Under the pieces are notes generated by a model. It was not told where the DNA came from. It did no database searches and worked only from the letters and a program-made list of their open reading frames with translations. This document shows positions 39,451 to 53,818 of a stretch of 64,000 bases of DNA, piece by piece (within the stretch, counting starts at the first letter, position 1; the number at the start of each line of letters is the position of its first letter). The position numbers were made by a program, and so were the translations under genes. This stretch comes from Camelus dromedarius (taxonomy: Eukaryota): the NCBI RefSeq assembly GCF_036321535.1, contig NC_087436.1:43526001-43590000 (forward strand). Reading direction: 5' to 3'.

Positions 39451-40164
39451 TGTTCTCAGAGCCACCTCCTCCCTATCCTATGATACCCAAAAAATATTAT
39501 CTCAGGGTAAAAACAAATTCCTTAACTCAGGAAGGAATGGATGAATACCAATACAAACAAAGTTTTATTGTTACTCTTGTTAGTTTTTCATAAAGAGGAG
39601 ACTTGAGCACGATTATGGGCGAGGAAGTAACTCAATGGAGAAAGATTAAGTAAAGATAGGTGAGGGGGAAAGGATATCGAGACCAAAGACCCAAATAAAA
39701 ATGCTCTAAAACTTAATGAAAGAATAATAAATACTGTATTTTGATAGCAAACATGCCAATCTAATAAGCATGTATCCTTCCATGTGCTCAGAACTATGCT
39801 GAGGGGAATTAGAGGGAGCATAATACATGATCTCTGATCAGAGAAGTTATAATCAAAAGAATCAAAGCTCACAGATTTGAAATAATAAAGGAATAATTCC
39901 CACTATTCACAGAAAAGAGACTGAAGGTACTGAAAAGAATTTGAAGGCCAGCGAGACTCCTGAGAGAAGCTAGGAAAACTTACGAGGAAGGACAGAGGAA
40001 ATAAGCTAATTCTGGATTAGAAGATACAACAGAAGTTATTCCAGGCAAGAAAAATATGAGTGAAAAATGTGTAAGCAAATATGAACACAATGTGCTTCTG
40101 TGATACTGAAACATTCTGATTAGGTCATGAAAAGGCAATGTCGGAAAACTAGAATGAGATCTAG

Positions 40165-40492
40165 ATTGGGGGGTAGCAAACAAGGGGTCTAGGGCCAAAT
40201 CCAGCCTACTGCATTTTTTTAACAGCCTGTGGGCTAAAAATGGTTTTTATATTTTTAAATGGTTGCCAAAAAATCTGAAAGAGAATAATATATCATGACA
40301 TGTGAAAATTATGTGAAAGTCAAATTTCAGTGCCCATAAATAAAGTTTTATTGGAGCACAACTATCCTGACTCATTTATGTGTTGTCTATAGCTGTTTTT
40401 GGTACAAGAGTAGAATTGAGTAGTAACCATATAATCCACAAAGCCAAAAATATTTATTTCTTGGTTCTTCACCAAAAAAGTTGCAACCCATA
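40165..40492. mobile_element. MER58B-like hAT-Charlie element
   Basis: gggccaaatccagcc...ctaaaaatggtttttatatttttaaatggttg...aaataaagttttattggagcaca...aaaaaagttgcaaccc. Confidence 0.85.
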
Positions 40493-43275
40493 GTCTAAAA
40501 AACTGAGACTCCTAATCTAGTCTATTACCCACAGACCAACAAGTTTAAAAAGTTAAGTCAAAATAGGTCAGTTTGTTTCATTTTTGTGATAAGACTACTA
40601 GAGAGAATTTTAAAGACTGTAAATTCATATTATTGTCTATCACTTTTTTGAAAATCTTTTACCAGAATTTCAAGTTTCTCTGTAATTACTTACCAAAAGC
40701 ATTGATGAGGCTAAGTCACATTTTCATAGTCACTCAGGGGAATTTATGAAATGAGACTAAATGTGGTTGAACCCTCACTGAATCTTTTTTTTGTTTTTAA
40801 TCTCTACTGAAAATCACTCACAGAGTAAACTCACTCTCTTATCTCCTAATGTAGAGTAATCAGGTCTAGGTGTTGACTGACAAATTGAAAAACTTAGGAT
40901 GGAGAATTATTTTAAAAGATACATAAATAGCTTAAATATTTTATTTTAATTAAACATTCATTTATTCACCATTTTATTAAATAGGGCCAAGACCCTTTGT
41001 TTAATTTCATGTCTACAATATGGAGTTCCCAGTCTTCTTCGTAGCTAAACCACATCTTCAATGGATAGTCTACTATTTCAAATTTCAGCTTCTTTAAGTG
41101 GAGGGAACATGTCAAGCCAAATGTGAGGCAATCTGAATACAGATCCTTCAAGATTTAAGAGGAACATCTCTCTAATCTTTTACAGTTTCTGGTCCACATT
41201 GACTCATCTTTATTAAAGCATTTCATTTTTCATAGAACTAACCTTTTTTCAAATATGTTTCCTCTGCCTATGTACCATTTAATCAGTTTGCCTAATTATA
41301 ATAACAAATACAAGTAGCCAGAAACACACCTGACTGTGAGTCAGCACACAACTCCCAGGCAAACCAGACAGTGGTCCCTAGCCACATGTATTCAGCGCAC
41401 TCTGGCCCCATTCAACATAATCTCCAGAGGAAAGGAGCATTAGGTTAATCCAGCCTGATGACTTTGTGAGCACTTACTGTATCCTGTTACAAGCTAACAA
41501 AGGTTTGTATCCTTTGTATAAGACACTGTTATTTTCATGGAATTTGTCTAGAAATATTTTTCATATTCTCAGAATTCCTAAAAAAATTAAATATTTTCAG
41601 CCTATATTAAGTGATGGAATCAACAGAATCTAGGGTTTTTGGTTTCTTTCTTTTTTTTTTTTTTTTGCTTTGTTTTGTTTTTCAGTCTTTCAAACATTGA
41701 TGCATTAGACCTGGTATTCTTGCTTAATTCTAGTTTGGGTAATTCTGTTTCGCCTACATAAAGTTGCCCAAATTTTCAGTGAGATATGGCATCCTTTGAG
41801 TCCAATCCTAAACCAACATTCTTATTATTCTGAACCACTGGACAGCTGTCAAATTCCATTACCCAGATCATTCCAATTTCCAACCATTCCAATTAGTAAA
41901 CACCATTCAGAGTTTGAAAATACGTTTAAACTACTAATGACTATTTCAGCAACTGAAAAAAAGATTTAATATTATCTTCTTTTCTAAGCTGGCAATCTTG
42001 CCCCTAACATTGCTGGAAATAACTTCTGTATAAATTTCCCTAAATGTGGGACTGTAAAAACAATTCAAGGGTCAGAACGTTAGGGAAAAGAAGTATGTAT
42101 TCATAGCAGCTAATATATTCAAATGTCATTAAATGACAGTATATAGTTCCATTGGTTATTTTAAATTTTGCTATAGAACATAGTTGATAACTTAAAACAT
42201 TCACAATATAGTAAGTAAGTAAGACTTAAAATGTGTAGTGTATTTTTATTCTTATAAAGAATGAGAATTCAGCTTTATACTAAACATAAAATAATTAACA
42301 AACCAATAATTATTTAAAAACTATATATACTTAGTAGTTATTCCTGTATTTAAGCATACTAATAATTTTTACTTTCTTTTTTTAGTTTATCTGTACATCT
42401 AATTTTTAATAATAAACTTTTTTATCAAGAAACAAATAAAATCAGAGCTATTCTCTAAGAAAAGACTGTATTATCCCATTTTCCCCTCAGTCTAGGCCTC
42501 CAAGTGAAGGTGAAAGGGACCGAACAAGACCCCTCCTAATTCCATCAATCTCTTTGAGGAATTTATAGGGAAGTTACCAACCTCTGGTCTAACCAAATAG
42601 AGAAAAGAGGGAAAGGAAAGAGGATCACAGGATATAAACAGAGGATACTCTGATCAAGTTCGTATGCAATAATTCAATGAATGCAACAAGTTCTGCTTTT
42701 CCCCCACCTCAATCAAAAACTTCAAATCTCTCTTTCAACCTAAAAAGCTAACTTTTCTAATTACAGTCAAGAGCTAGTTTCCTGGAGGAAACTGATGCTT
42801 TACTGTTGGCATTTCACACTGCACAGTGGTGGAAACTTCCTATATTTCACCCTATCTGGCAAACAGATCTCTAAAACGCAAGAGCTCTCTCATCAGCAGC
42901 TGTCAATGGATAGAATTGTTTCCCTGCACTATTAGGTTCCAACGCTCACTGACTTTGTAAGCAACTAGTATATTAACTACAACAAAATTCAATGGGGTAT
43001 TCTGTAACAGACTTACACAACCACTTTCCAATAGTACTTTCTGTAATGGTGGAAATGTTCTATAATTTATACAGAGAAGCATCATATGTCAAAGCAGTTT
43101 GGAGAAGACGGGGATGAAGTGAGAGGAGGGGGCTTGGCGGAAACTCTAAGCATAATAGATATGTTCACTGTCTTGAGCAGAGTGATGATTTCAGATGTAT
43201 TTTAAATTTATCAAAGCATATGCTTGAAATATGTAGTTTAGTTTATTTTAATTATACCTCTATAAAGCTGTAAAT

Positions 43276-43294
43276 GTGTGTGTGTGTGTGTGTG
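43276..43294. repeat. (TG)n microsatellite after an old L1 3' end (about 43120-43272)
   Basis: Read directly. Confidence 0.9.
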
Positions 43295-43674
43295 TCCCAC
43301 TGTGCTAGAAACACGGAGGGGATATCACTTTCATTAAAGAGCTGCTTTAGGGTATACAGCTGGAGTTTCAATTCAAGAGGCTGATCTTTGTTGATCCTGA
43401 AATTCTGAAATGTCAGAACATAGATGAAAGTCCAGGGGAACCAGCACTAAGTATCTCCTGGCTGGAGATGCAGAAGAGGGAAGCAGGAACCAGATCACAT
43501 AGATGGGTAAGTGCAAGGAATTCTCAGTGCAATGGGAAACCATTGGGGGGTTTAGGCAGGGATTTCATTTTCAGAGCTCACTTTGTAGTTGCTGTTGTGT
43601 TTGTTTTACAGATAATATACTCCCATGGTTCAAAAGTTCAATACCTCTAAAAATGTGTACAACAAAAAGCCTTC

Positions 43675-44163
43675 TGCATTAGTTATGTATTGCTATGTAA
43701 CAAATTACTCTAAAACTTAATGGTTTAGAACAATAAACATTTATCATTTCATGGTTTCTGTGGGTCAGGGATTTGAATGGTGTGGTTGGGTGATTCTGTC
43801 TCAGGGTCTCTCAGGAAGTTGCATCAAAACAGAGGCCAGTACTACAAGCATCTGAAGGTTTGCCTGGGGTAGAGGATCTGCATCCAAGAAGAGACATTCA
43901 CATGGCTCTTGTCTGGAGGCCTCAGTTCCTCAACAGATGACCTCTCTACAGAGCTGCTTGATGCCCCACACCAAGGAAGGTAGCCTCCTCTAGAGCTAAT
44001 GATCCAAAAGAACAAGCGAGAACTCGCATATCTTTTACAACCCCGCCTCAGAAGTCAAATTTCATTATTTCAGCAATATCCTATATGTTCACAAGTACTA
44101 CACAGGGTGTAAATATCAGGAGGTGGGAATCATTAGACACTGTCTTAGAAATTGGTTACCATA
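43675..44163 (-). mobile_element. MLT1-family (ERVL-MaLR) solo LTR
   Basis: attagttatgtattgctatgtaacaaattactctaaaacttaatggttta...tttctgtgggtcaggg...ggaggcctcagttcctc...cagggtgtaaatatcaggaggtggga. Confidence 0.85.
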
Positions 44164-44502
44164 ATCCTATCTTTTTTTTTTCCAAGAGAAGAAAAATGTC
44201 TTATCTGTTATGCAAATTCCACCTTACTTACATCTTTCCAAATTTAGTCACCTTTCAAGCCCTATTTCAGACTTGTCATCTTTCCTGAGCTCCTTACACT
44301 GGTCAGAAAATACAACTTCTCCCTCAGGGATTCCTCCCTAGTATTTTGTGCCCAGATATGCCATTTAAAAATAAGAACCACAGGAGAAAAAGAAAACTTT
44401 GGAGTAGGGGATAAAAATGAGTTTGATTTGGGAAATGTTGAATTTGAAGTATCGATTGATCAGCCAAGTAATGATATCTCAGAGACAACAAATATGTATT
44501 TC

Positions 44503-44534
44503 TGTGTGTGTGTGTGTGAGTGTGTGTGTGTGTG
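44503..44534. repeat. (TG)n microsatellite
   Basis: Read directly. Confidence 0.9.
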
Positions 44535-44921
44535 CGCCTAAAGTTAGGGGAAGAGTTAGACTAGTTTACATATAGATTTTGAAGTCACAAGCTTACGTGA
44601 AAACCTGGAAGGACTAGGGTAAAGGTATGGAGTGAGAAGACTGTAGGATCCTGAGAATCCAGTGAGCAGAAGTCTAAGAATGACCCCATTCATTCACTCA
44701 AGGGATAATTTTCTAGCAACCACAATGCATGAAAGGGAGTTGGGAATGGAAATATATAGCAAGATTAGGTAATGCAAAAGTTCAAAATAAGAACTGAAAA
44801 CTATTCACTGATTTTAGCTGGGTGATAATCACACATGGCATTAAGAAGGAGGTCAAAGATAGCTTGCAGCGGGGTGAGAGGTGAATGGGCACTCAGTGAG
44901 TAGGAGTGAGGCGTATAGACC

Positions 44922-45086
44922 CAGAGTCAACTTCATGACATGCAACCTATGAAGTTACACAAGCCCCAGTGCCCACACTTGGTTTACTAATCTGCTGTTG
45001 CCATCTAGAAATCCCGAAAAATTTTGAGCAAGAGACCTCGTATTTTCCTTTTGTACTGAGCTCTGCAAATTCTGTAGCCAGATCTG
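44922..45086. mobile_element. MER91A-like hAT element with 8-bp TSD, inside L2-like sequence
   Basis: CAG...CTG termini and MER91A-like body; TSD tatagacc (44914-44921) and tttagacc (45087-45094). Confidence 0.8.
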
Positions 45087-45624
45087 TTTAGACCGTACTT
45101 TAAAGAATCTTGACCAAGCAAGGCAAGAGAGATGAGGTAGTAGGGAGGAAGTACAGACAGCAGACATTCTTCTATTTAATTACTGTGGTTGTTCTGATTG
45201 TTGTTAGCATTTTTATTTTAGGATGAGAAAGACTTACAGGCTTAGGGAAATGAGGCAATGGTGGAAAGAAATTAAAGGTACAGAAGACAGAAGAGACGGG
45301 TGATAGAGTCAAAAAGTGATGAGAAAGAAGGGAACGAATACTACAGAGCCCAGGCGGACTTGTCATCCCTGAGACTAGAGAACAAAAGGTAAAAATGGGG
45401 AGAAAGTAATGTAGTTTTGTTCTGAAGGCTTATTTATCTCAATGAAGGGAAACAAAAGTCATGTATTCATAGGAAGGCAGAGGAGATTGTTGGGTAGAGA
45501 AGTTGAAAATTGATAAGAAAAAGATACTAAACCAGAAGGAAATGGGACAGAATGTTCACCAAAAGCAGGTGAAAGGGTTGATTTCAACTGAGAGTCTAAC
45601 TCGTATTTTAATATTTTTCCTAGA

Positions 45625-45922
45625 CAAATCTCAAAATAATTATGTTGAGTAGAAGTCAGATGAAAAAAAGTAGATTGTGTAATTCCATTTATATAACATT
45701 ATAAATGCAAATCAATCTATAGTGACAACAAGCCTGGGGGTAGAGGAGGGGCAGGATGGGGTGGGGGGGTGGGGAATCACACAAAGGGGCATGAGGAAAC
45801 ACTTGGGGTGATGGATATGATCACCATATTGATTGTGATAATGGTTTCATGGTTGTCCATACATGTCAAAATTTACCAAATTCTGCATATTAAATATAAT
45901 GTATATAACTTCATAAAGCTAT
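45625..45922 (+). mobile_element. Old L1 (L1ME-like) 3' end
   Basis: aatctcaaaataattatgttgagtagaagtcaga...ggggcatgaggaaacacttggggtgatggatatg...catacatgtcaaaa. Confidence 0.8.
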
Positions 45923-47255
45923 TTATTATAACCTAAAAATTATAGGTTAAGTAAATAGATCTGTGTCATTTTCAGAACAACCAGACTGCACTTCTCATCT
46001 CTCCAGTGCCACAAAGTATCTCGGCTAATGGGGATGGGGTACATCAGTGATCCTGGACACCGCAGTGTGTGTTACCTGACACCTGGGTGTATGGGGAGAG
46101 GAAGATTAACCCTATGTAGACCTGTGTGGGTGTCTCTGTGTCTACAATAAGCAAATTAAACTACTTGCTGTTTGACTAGAGGATGAGGATAACTTCTCCC
46201 CCTTACCAGCCAACAGGTCTTGTGAGAATCAAAGGCAAGAGTTAGTCCAGTCCCAGATAAGCAGCATGTGCTTTCCCATCACCTTTTCATTGCGATATAT
46301 CCATTTTTATGTCTGTTTGTTTAATCCTTTCTTGCAGGGTTGAAGGAAGTGGTACGCCTCATCTCAAAGTTAAAGCCTATACCTGTGCCCTCTATCCCAC
46401 ACGTATTTTTTTTCCTGCTTTTAAAATATCTGCCATTCCTCTGGTTTCCTCTTCCTCTTTATTTACCTCTGTAAATAGTTTCAACATAAATAAAACCTCT
46501 CCCTAATTAATCCTATTTTCAGTGTGCCAGCTAGCTGCTCTCTTTTGGAATCCTGATTCATAGGCTGCAAAATCTCAAAATACCCCCACAATATATGCAA
46601 AGTTACATCGATTTAAATTGATATGTTTCAAAGCAGTTAAGAAACTCCAAGCAGGATTCTCTATTTGAAAGAGATACTGTGATTATCACCATAGTGAATA
46701 CCTTTAAGGTGTTTTGTGCTCAGTTTACATATTGGCTTTCTATTTATTCAAAATAGAAACATCTGAAAAACAGCATTGGCCAAAGACTGATTATACTCAT
46801 TCAAGAAACCACTTTAAACTGTTGGAAAGACATTGAATGTTCTACAGGAGAAAACCTCCCAAATATCTAGGGACTATTTCACCTTTGCTTTAATGATAAA
46901 GAGAAATTAAAAAGTAACTGGAGTTGAAACATAATTTATCAGAATGGCTTTCATTCATCTAAACATCTCTTGCCTAAAATTCTAAAAACAAACTGGTTTT
47001 CTTGCCTCTGGTCTCTCAATGTTTCAATCCACACTTCAGACTATCAACCCACAAACATTTGCTGAGCTGCTAAGTACAAGGCTGCTCTACACCCCAGGGA
47101 TGCAGCAGATAATGTAATTATTCATTCCTTCTAAAAACTTTCACTGACTCCTATTGATTACAGAGGAAAGTCTATACTTACTGGCAAGGCAATCACCATT
47201 TTTCATAATCAGAGTCAAATTTATATCCAGAGTCATTTCTCACCATTCCTTTAGA

Positions 47256-47400
47256 TCAATGGTTATCAATCATTTTCAGCTTAGTACCTGTTCACATTCT
47301 TAAAAGTTACTGGGAACCTCAAAAAGCTTTAGTTTATGAGTTATATCTATCATTATTTATCATATTTAAAATTAAAATATGAATTTTTAAATGTTCACTA
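47256..47400. mobile_element. hAT-Charlie terminal fragment
   Basis: ttcacattcttaaaagttactgggaacctcaaaaagctttagtttatgagttatatctatc. Confidence 0.55.
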
Positions 47401-47407
47401 AGTCATT

Positions 47408-48135
47408 TGGCACATGGAATATTCTCCAGGATAGACAGTATATTACACCATAAAACAAGTCATTAACTTAAAAGGAATGAAATCACATGAAGTATACCCT
47501 CCAACCACAATAAAATGAATTAGAAGCCTATAACAGAAGAAATTTTAGAAATTCAAACATATGAGGAAAATAAACAACATACTTCTAATAACCAATGGAT
47601 CAAAGAAAAAATTACAAGGGAAAGTAGATAATACTTTGAGATGAATTAAAATGAAAATACAACACATCAAAACTTATGGGATACAACGATAACAGTGGGA
47701 AATTTATAGCTGTAAATGTCTATGTTAAAAAATTTCAAGTCAACAACCTAATCTTTCATCTTAAGAAATTAGAAAAAGAAGAGCAAACTAAATCAAAAGC
47801 AAATAGAAGGAAAGAAATAATAGAGATTAGAGCATAAATAAGCAAAATAGAGAAGAGGAAAAAAATCAACAAAACCAAAAATAGGTTCTTTGAAAAGGTC
47901 AACAAACTGACAAATTTTTAATAAATTGACCAAGAAAAAAGAGAGAACTCAAATTACTAAAATCAGGAATAAAAAAGGAGACTTTACTACCAATCTTACA
48001 GGGAATAAGAAAGGAACATAAGGGAACACCACAAACAACTGTAAATATGCTAAAAAAAAAAAAAAAACCCACTGAATTGTATGATGTAAAATGGTGAATT
48101 TTATGGTCTATCTATCACATCTCAATTTTTTAAAA
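47408..48135 (+). mobile_element. L1M ORF2 5' fragment joined to an L1 3' end
   Basis: cacatggaatattctccaggatagaca...aaccaatggatcaaagaa...ggttctttgaaaaggtcaacaaa (early ORF2), then cccactgaattgta...aaaatggtgaattttatgg (3' terminus). Confidence 0.85.
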
Positions 48136-51003
48136 CAGAATTTATACAAAAATAATGTGAAAAATGAAGGAAAAACAGAAGAAATAAATAACATAAATAA
48201 CAAATTAAGAGTATTGACCAGAAAAATGCTCCCCAAAAGAGACAAAATTAATCAAATATATTAATATAATTTTTTTAAACTTTAAAAAGTGATTGCCTTT
48301 ATAAAATAAGAGCACAAAGTAGAAAGTACTTAGGGAAGATAAGGAAATATTTTCAAAGAAGAAAAAACATGAGCTGGCAGAGTTCAAGAAAAAAATGAAA
48401 GAAAAAATTAAAATACCTCAAAAAGGAAAATCATTGTGAAAGCAGAAAGAAGTACATTACAGACAAAACATAAGGTCTTTTGAAGTAGATTGAAGAACTT
48501 AGAAACCAAGTATAGTGTGGATCTGGGAAATAGCTAGACCTATAGAAATACAAATAATTTTTTAACTGCATGAAAAGTAAGTTTGAAGTAACTGCAGAAA
48601 CATAGATTTATTTACAATTTATGATAAGCTTTGATACAAAGAAGTAACTATTCTGACACAGACCAAGATTAAACCACCACAAAAGATTATCAACAGACAA
48701 AGTAGAATTGTGAGGGAAAAGGAAAAGACCATAGTTTTCCTTTAGACATAACTCACTTTTAAGAAAAATCTAAGACTTTAACATCAGGATCAAAGCATAG
48801 TGCTGCCAGCTCTTTAAAAAGTAATAATAAACATGAGGAAAAATATATAAGACATTTATACTAGTGCTAATGTCAAAAATTAACTGTTAATTTCTGGGTG
48901 GTTGGATAATAAATGAACTTTATTATTTTCATTTTGCTCTTGTTTTGTTAATGTTTTTATCATTTTTCAGCAATAACCAAGTCATAATAAAAGAACATAA
49001 AAGAGCAATGCCATATATTAATCTTAGTTTGCTATGTAAATATAATTATGTTTAAGGTACCTGAAGCATTCTCATCTTCCTGTCGTTCCTATTCTGAAGT
49101 TTGGGTTTAGTCACTCTTTTTATTGTCATTCTATAATCTCACACAAATGGGTCCCTCGGGTATGTTGACTAGGACTTTAACAGGACCTCTGCTATGATCA
49201 AGATTTTGATGTTCTGACCCAGCAGCTGGATAAGCAGCACCCATTGTATCACACTGCTTAAGGATTTTTTTCCACCCAGGATTTACAAGTAGTAAGAGGA
49301 CATAAAATACAGTCACAAAGTAGATGCCAAATAGCAAATAGTTAAGAATATTTAATTCTCCAAAACATATTTTTTCTTTGCTGTTCCATATACCACATCC
49401 CAATTTAAAAAATAGTTATGGCTGGTGTTTAAGAAAAACAGCAGTGCTGACTCTTGTTAAAATGCTTCATAAATGTAGTAAAATGATCCACCCAAGATTT
49501 AAGGCCAAAAGTGTGTGTGTGTGTTTGTGTGTACCTGTGTGTAATTAATCTTAATTTCCCACAAAACATTATTAAACAATTGAAATGCACATTTCTATGG
49601 AAAATAACAGGGTACTTAATTTCTTTAAAACTTGGAGCATGACTTTTTTGGAATGAATGTATAAGAAGCCTAGTAGACCAATCCTACCAATCATAGAACT
49701 TTTTAGAGCTGTAAGGAAATATGTGAAACTCATTTATCTTCAGTGTTTCAAGTATTATGTCAGGAAATTAATCTTAGGTAAGTGACTATGTATACTTCTA
49801 AGGTTATGGTGTGTAATTTAATTAGATATCTATAGTATTTCCTATCATTTCACTTTTTATAAATTCTAACTGCAGCGAAACTTCATTCAACTTGATTCAC
49901 GATGCTCCCACCTCCACATCCCCACATCACACTTTGTTTTGCCCTCACCATTCCATAAGTATTTCATTCATCTATTTCTCATGGGTGAAACTGCAGTATG
50001 AAATTACTGCAACAAAGTCCATCCTCTTTATGTGACACAGTAATGCTTTTCATATACCCAGAAATGTTTTTAAAAGAGATTTAAAAAACAAACCTGAATT
50101 AAAAACAATACACAAGCATTCTCATTGACACCTTCTACAGCTGTGAGTTTGATATAAACCAAAATTCACTGTAATTGCAAGCAACAGAGCTCTCAAAAAG
50201 TTTTGAGAAAATGAAAGATGGGAAGGTTAATTTCTTTACTGCAGTTTTTAAAACTCTCCACATTAGTTTCAGGACTATATACATGAGAGATTATGACTTA
50301 AAATCCTGAGCTAGAGTTCTCCCCATTACTTTGGCAACAAATGAAGTTGCCTGTACACTGGGTGGACCAAAGCCATCACAACGCACAGGTCTCAGCTAAT
50401 GCCATTTCTAAGGCTAACAAATCCCTAGTTTCTACTCCTAGCAATCATTCGAATTAAAGGGCCATCAGCATAGCACCCAGTTGTTTTTATATGATTTCAA
50501 AATACAGCATGAGTTCATGAATCACTTTCGACCAAGTAAACATTAGAAAAAAAAAATCTTGGAGGTGTGGACTTCAAGACTGTAATCACCTGATGAACTT
50601 AACATGTCTTTCTCCCATTTCTAAAACCCTAATAAAAGGTATTGCCTATTTTTTTGTATTACAGGAAGTACATAATGTTAACAGTCACAAATGAGAAATT
50701 TGATTGCCTCGGAGAATTAACCTATAAAAGCAGCCCATAGTGCAAAGTCATCTTAAAGAGGTAGAGTAGCAGAAGTTAAAATAAAGAGAAGGAATGTAAG
50801 CCTCATGACTTGACAATATTTGTTTAATGAATGGGTGGCAAATTTCTGAGATCATTAACATTCTGAGATCTCATTTACTATATGAACTTATCTGAAGTAA
50901 GAATACACTATTTTGAATTAGAATTCATCAGTGGTGGAAGAACACAAAAGGGAAGTCATAGATGCAGATATAGGCAATGCCCGTCAAAACAAAATCTTAA
51001 ACA

Positions 51004-51143
51004 ATTCTTATCAATGCATTAATTAACTAGATGGGAGATTCCTTTCACAATGTATACATGTACCAAATCTCCAAGATGTACACTTTAAATATCTTACAAG
51101 TTTGTATGTCGATTATAAGTCAGTAAAACTTAAGTTTTAAAAA
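51004..51143 (+). mobile_element. Short old L1 3' end
   Basis: cctttcacaatgtatacatgtaccaaatc...gtacactttaaatatcttacaa; degenerate flanks aaaatcttaaaca and aaaatcctaacca. Confidence 0.7.
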
Positions 51144-52916
51144 ATCCTAACCATTTAATGAAAATGTTACTGGTCCTTCCCAAAATGTCATAATGTCAAA
51201 ATGATGAGCTGGCACTGAGAATCAGTAATGTATCTGGTTAAGGATACCTTGATCCCACTTTGAACAATATCTTTAATGAATGCTAAATGAATGTTAACAT
51301 TCATTTCTTAACCAGAACTCTTGTTTTAGTCCCTCTCTATTATTCTGACTCTGTTGTTCTTCTTTCTACAAATAACTTTTGGCTCTTCTTCATAATACCC
51401 TACCTAATCCCTGTCTCTTCTTCTCATGACCTCTCCATCTAGAGAGTCATTCTGGTTGCTATGTATTCCCACATAAATGTAAGGCTCGTGGGGATACCCG
51501 ACTGTACTGTCATTCATCTTTCATTAATTCTTTTAATAACAGTATTTTATTATATGATATGTGACCTTCCTTTATTTACAAATATTTGATTATTTTCCTT
51601 ATAATACACAAAATTGAGTTGACCAATTATAGTTATACTACATCAAAAATATATAAAAGTACACTAAAGTTGGAAGTTTTCCTAAAAGTTATGTAGGAAT
51701 AAAAAAATAAAAAACAAGATTTTTCAACCTTTAAGATGATGCTGAAATCTCAGGCTATTGAATTTAGTATACCTTACATAAAATTAGAAATGATGACTTT
51801 TTAATTTGGGAGTATTACATGATCATCAAAACAATTTTAATAAGAATATTGGAAAGATAAAAAAACTCTAAATCACCAATGCTTCCACTACCCTCACATG
51901 GCCACTCTTCTTCCTAGCCTTTTCTCTACTGAAAGACCCTTTAGATTTTCATTGTTACAATCACACTGACTACGTAGAAATTAGTATCTCAAAATCATTT
52001 TTTCAAAAATGAAATACAGTGTATTTTGGGGAAAAAAGATAATCTTTTGTTCTAGGAAAAAACACAAACATAGGTTAGAATAAATTACAACATGGCAAGC
52101 ATTTAATAGATTCCAAAATCTTCATCACTAAAGGTACACATATGATAACTTTACATATAAAAACTGTATTTACAAGAAAATTCAAATTCTGGGATTTCCT
52201 GAATCCTCTAGAGTAAATGGTTTTCATTTAATTTTTTACTCATAGGAAAAACATTTATCTCATGCCTTACGAATGCTTTCCAAGTCAAATATATAAAATA
52301 ATTGCAGAGAAAAAAAACTAGTTCATCTAAAATACAATTAGGTCATAAGACTTCACATTTGAGTATTAGATTGACTAATTTTATTGCCATATAATTTGAA
52401 GAGAAATAACCCTTCTCAAACTAGTGTCTATAAACATCTTCTCCATTAGTTTTATTTCTGTGCTTTTTAAAACAAAATCCCATAAAAACAACTGGGACTC
52501 TGGAATACAGCTGTCCTTGTTAGCATTCCAAAAATTAAAGCTCTGATCTGCCTTGGCCAGGAACACTCCAGAAATAATGAAGCCCAGCTTTCACATGAAA
52601 GATTAGCATGTTTAAAAATGTAGCTTAGAACTGTCCTCTTTGGACAAAACATCTCTCTCTTTATGAAATCAAAAAAGTAATTATTGGGTGCTAAAATATA
52701 ATGAAATGAATTTACTTTAAGAGGAGGCATCATTCCTTAAATCTGTCAAATACCACTGTATGAAAGCTGTTTGTCCCTATTTTTGATTTTGAGAGCTCAG
52801 CAGTTTAATGTTGGTGGTGGAGGTAATGATGATCCTTAACTTTTACTGGGTGCTGAGCACATGCCAGATGTTTTCTTTATAACTTTTATTTCCTTTCATC
52901 TTCACAACTACTCTAG

Positions 52917-53642
52917 TGAAATTGAGTCCCCCTAAAACTGAGTTCCCCTGTCGAGTTTATGATGAACCTCTCTATCCAAAACTTCATTCCTCTTCTTGTC
53001 CTGCATCTGTTCCCCCTCAAGCTTGAGGAGTATCTAAGAAAAAGGGGGACTGAAACTGAGCAGGATAGTATAAGGCCTTCCTGGGTACAAAAGCCCCTCT
53101 GTGCTCCCCCCGCCAGTTCTTGTTTGTAGGGGAATAAAAGGATTTAGTCTCCGAGGCCTCCCCTGAGTTCCAAGGAGCAGGCTCAACAGTTAACGATTGA
53201 TTAGGACAGTAGAGTCGCAGGCCTCCTAGTTCCTCCTGAATGGATATAGATAACAATCTGACGAATATATCTCTGAGTTGTTTTACAGAAACTAAGACCC
53301 CCCACCCAGGTGGAGGATGGTGGCCACATGCTGACCACAAGCACATAGACCCCATACTGCTTGGAACCAGAAGGTGGAGATTCCAGAAGCATCACCCTGT
53401 TATCTTACCACCTACCAATCAGAAGAAGGTCCACTAGCTGATCAGGCATCCTACAACCCTCTCCCCTCACACTGTCTTTAAAAATCCTGGCCTGAAAGCG
53501 AAGAGACTTTGGATCTTTTGAGCAAGAGCCACCCATTCTCCTTGCTCAGCCCTGAAATAGACATTTCTCTGCTCCAAACTCCAACATTTCAGTTTGTTTG
53601 GCCTCACAGTGCATCATGCTCACAAACATAGGTTGGACAACA
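52917..53642 (+). mobile_element. Solo ERV1-like LTR (726 bp) inserted in a MIR
   Basis: TG...CA termini; 4-bp TSD ctag/ctaa; LTR-like internal motifs (ccaatcag, cttgctcagccctgaaataga); MIR halves on both sides. Confidence 0.85.
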
Positions 53643-53669
53643 CTAAGACCACTATTATTGTCACCATTT

Positions 53670-53818
53670 AATTTAATTTTTTTCATTTCTTTTTTGAAGG
53701 GTGACAGGTTAGTAATTAGGTTTGTTGGTTTGTTTGTTTAATGGAGGTACTGAGGATTGAACCCAGGACCTCATGCATGCTAAGCATGCACTCTACCACT
53801 TGAGCTATACCCTGCCCC
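53670..53818 (-). mobile_element. tRNA-derived SINE, camelid Vic-1-like
   Basis: Reverse strand gggcagggtatagctcaagtggtagagtgcatgcttagcatgcatgaggtcctgggttcaatcctcagtacctccattaa. Confidence 0.92.

Noticed and set aside
45736..45774. G-quadruplex-like G runs (also 21262-21282)
   Set aside because: Ordinary G-rich tracts of L1 3'UTRs
53735..53818. tRNA-like sequence (also at about 2410-2484 and 20260-20333)
   Set aside because: These are SINE heads with A-rich tails and degenerate TSDs, not tRNA genes
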